Below are positions 62,846 to 64,000 of a stretch of DNA of 64,000 bases, piece by piece; positions within the stretch are counted from its first letter, which is position 1, and each line of letters opens with the position of its first letter. The position numbers were made by a program, and so were the translations under genes. Source of the stretch: Prevotella sp. (GTDB lineage Bacteria; Bacteroidota; Bacteroidia; Bacteroidales; Bacteroidaceae); contig JALFCG010000072.1 of assembly GCA_022771265.1 (NCBI GenBank), positions 1,854 through 65,853 on the forward strand, in the 5' to 3' direction. The notes below the pieces were generated by a model that saw only the letters and a list, made by a program, of their open reading frames with translations, had not been told where the DNA came from and searched no databases.

Positions 62846-63959
62846 CGTTCTCCTTGCCGTCATCGCCACCGCAGCCTTGGCTTCCGTCGGCTACTGGTTG
62901 CTCTACCGGCGCTATCGCAAAACGATAGGCAAGGTGACGTTCTTGTTCAACGCCATCGACAATCTCGACTTCTCGTTCAACTTCCCGGAAGACGGGAAGG
63001 AACGACTCGTCAACGAGTCGCTCAACCGCATACGACGCATCATCGAGAAGGCACGCCACGACCTGGCAGAGCGGGAACGCTATTACGAGCAGATCATCAA
63101 CGCCGTGTCAACAGGCATCATGGTCGTTGACGAGAGGGGAAGCGTCATGCAGCACAACGAGGCCGCACTAAGGCTGCTCGGGGTGGAAGTGCTGTCGTTT
63201 GAGAGCCAGGTGAAGAAGCAACTCGCCTCCGACAACTTCTCACGACGCGACACCACCGCGCTGCTCAACGGCAAGAAAGTGCGCATCATCGCCTTCAGCG
63301 ACATCCGCAGCGAACTGTCGTCGCGAGAGCTTGAGTCGTGGACAAAACTCATACGCGTGCTCACACATGAGATTATGAACAACGTGGCACCGATAACGTC
63401 GCTCAGCGAGACGCTGAGCCACAAGGCCGGCGACGAAGAGGTAAAAGAGGGGCTCGCGGTCATCAACTCCACAGGCAAGCAGCTGCTTAACTTCATCGAC
63501 AGCTACCGCCGCATGACCCTCATGCCCCAGCCGCAGCCTAAGCTCTTCTACGTCAAGCCGTTCCTTGAGCGTATGGCGGCAATATGTTCGGAATACTCGA
63601 AGGATGTCTCCTTCTACATTTCCACTGCCGACGACGCCCTGCTTCTCTATGCCGACGAAAGCCTCGTCGCCCACGTCGTCACCAACATGCTGAAAAATGC
63701 CGTGGAGGCAGGCGCTACCGCCATCACCCTTTGCGCCTACACCACTCCCGACGACTCCATCCTCATCGACATCGGCAACAACGGCAAACCCATTCCGCCC
63801 GACGAGGCATCACAGATTTTCGTGCCTTTCTTCACCACCAAGCCCACTGGCAGCGGCATCGGACTGAGTGTCTCAAGGCAGATTATGAAACAGAGCGGCG
63901 GAGGCATCGAACTGATAACGTCGGACGCGACAACCACCATGTTCCGTCTGACGTTCTGA
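62835..63959 (+). CDS. sensor histidine kinase (TM + PAS + HisKA + HATPase)
   Basis: 374 aa. H-box SWTKLIRVLTHEIMN, N-box MLKNAVEAGA and G-box GSGIGL. Overlaps the regulator gene by 11 nt. Confidence 0.85.
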   Translation: MDSNVLLAVIATAALASVGYWLLYRRYRKTIGKVTFLFNAIDNLDFSFNFPEDGKERLVNESLNRIRRIIEKARHDLAERERYYEQIINAVSTGIMVVDERGSVMQHNEAALRLLGVEVLSFESQVKKQLASDNFSRRDTTALLNGKKVRIIAFSDIRSELSSRELESWTKLIRVLTHEIMNNVAPITSLSETLSHKAGDEEVKEGLAVINSTGKQLLNFIDSYRRMTLMPQPQPKLFYVKPFLERMAAICSEYSKDVSFYISTADDALLLYADESLVAHVVTNMLKNAVEAGATAITLCAYTTPDDSILIDIGNNGKPIPPDEASQIFVPFFTTKPTGSGIGLSVSRQIMKQSGGGIELITSDATTTMFRLTF

Positions 63960-63972
63960 GAAATATAAAAAA

Positions 63973-64000
63973 ATTGAACTTTCCCACCCTTTAGAATAGC
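63973..64000 (+). mobile_element. MITE-like repeat, copy F (left end only; cut by the window edge)
   Basis: ATTGAACTTTCCCACCCTTTAGAATAGC matches the left ends of copies D and E. Confidence 0.6.

Overview
Bacteroidales-type chromosomal segment. Support: TAnnTTTG -7 promoter boxes ahead of most operons, a hybrid two-component regulator next to a GH43 enzyme, T9SS genes (PorW/SprE-like, PorX, PorT-like), and an ExbB-ExbD-ExbD-TonB-PstS-like-TPR cluster. I call about 58 protein genes and 2 tRNAs (Pro-GGG, CAT anticodon). I found no rRNA, CRISPR, integrase or transposase. Most of the window is housekeeping (argS, aroA, tsaE, trxA, dnaE, psd-pssA, pyrH, birA, AICAR formyltransferase, aminotransferase, ribBA, LptF/G) or envelope and efflux functions (YtrA-type ABC operon, MacAB-TolC-like pump, BceAB-like ABC pump framed by two paralogous two-component systems). 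Four things are unusual. (1) An 8.4-kb accessory block (26.9-35.3 kb) lacks any integrase. It carries a P-loop helicase-like ATPase, a CHC2/Toprim primase, an HU-like protein, an M15 peptidase, holin-like and spanin-like membrane proteins, and several unknowns with low-complexity linkers. (2) A roughly 290-bp palindromic, hairpin-rich MITE-like element occurs six times, with flanking direct repeats and internal copy-number variation. (3) A 43-nt 'GTAAC' module (exact 26-mer plus hairpin) occurs four times. It donates stop codons to two genes and forms 25/26-bp inverted termini around a 7-kb gene block. (4) Short intergenic tandem arrays occur with 8-nt, 9-nt and 23-nt periods, some in mirror-symmetric variant order. 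One 56-aa ferredoxin gene is missing from the ORF track. All functions are inferred by eye from motifs and gene context; no searches were run.
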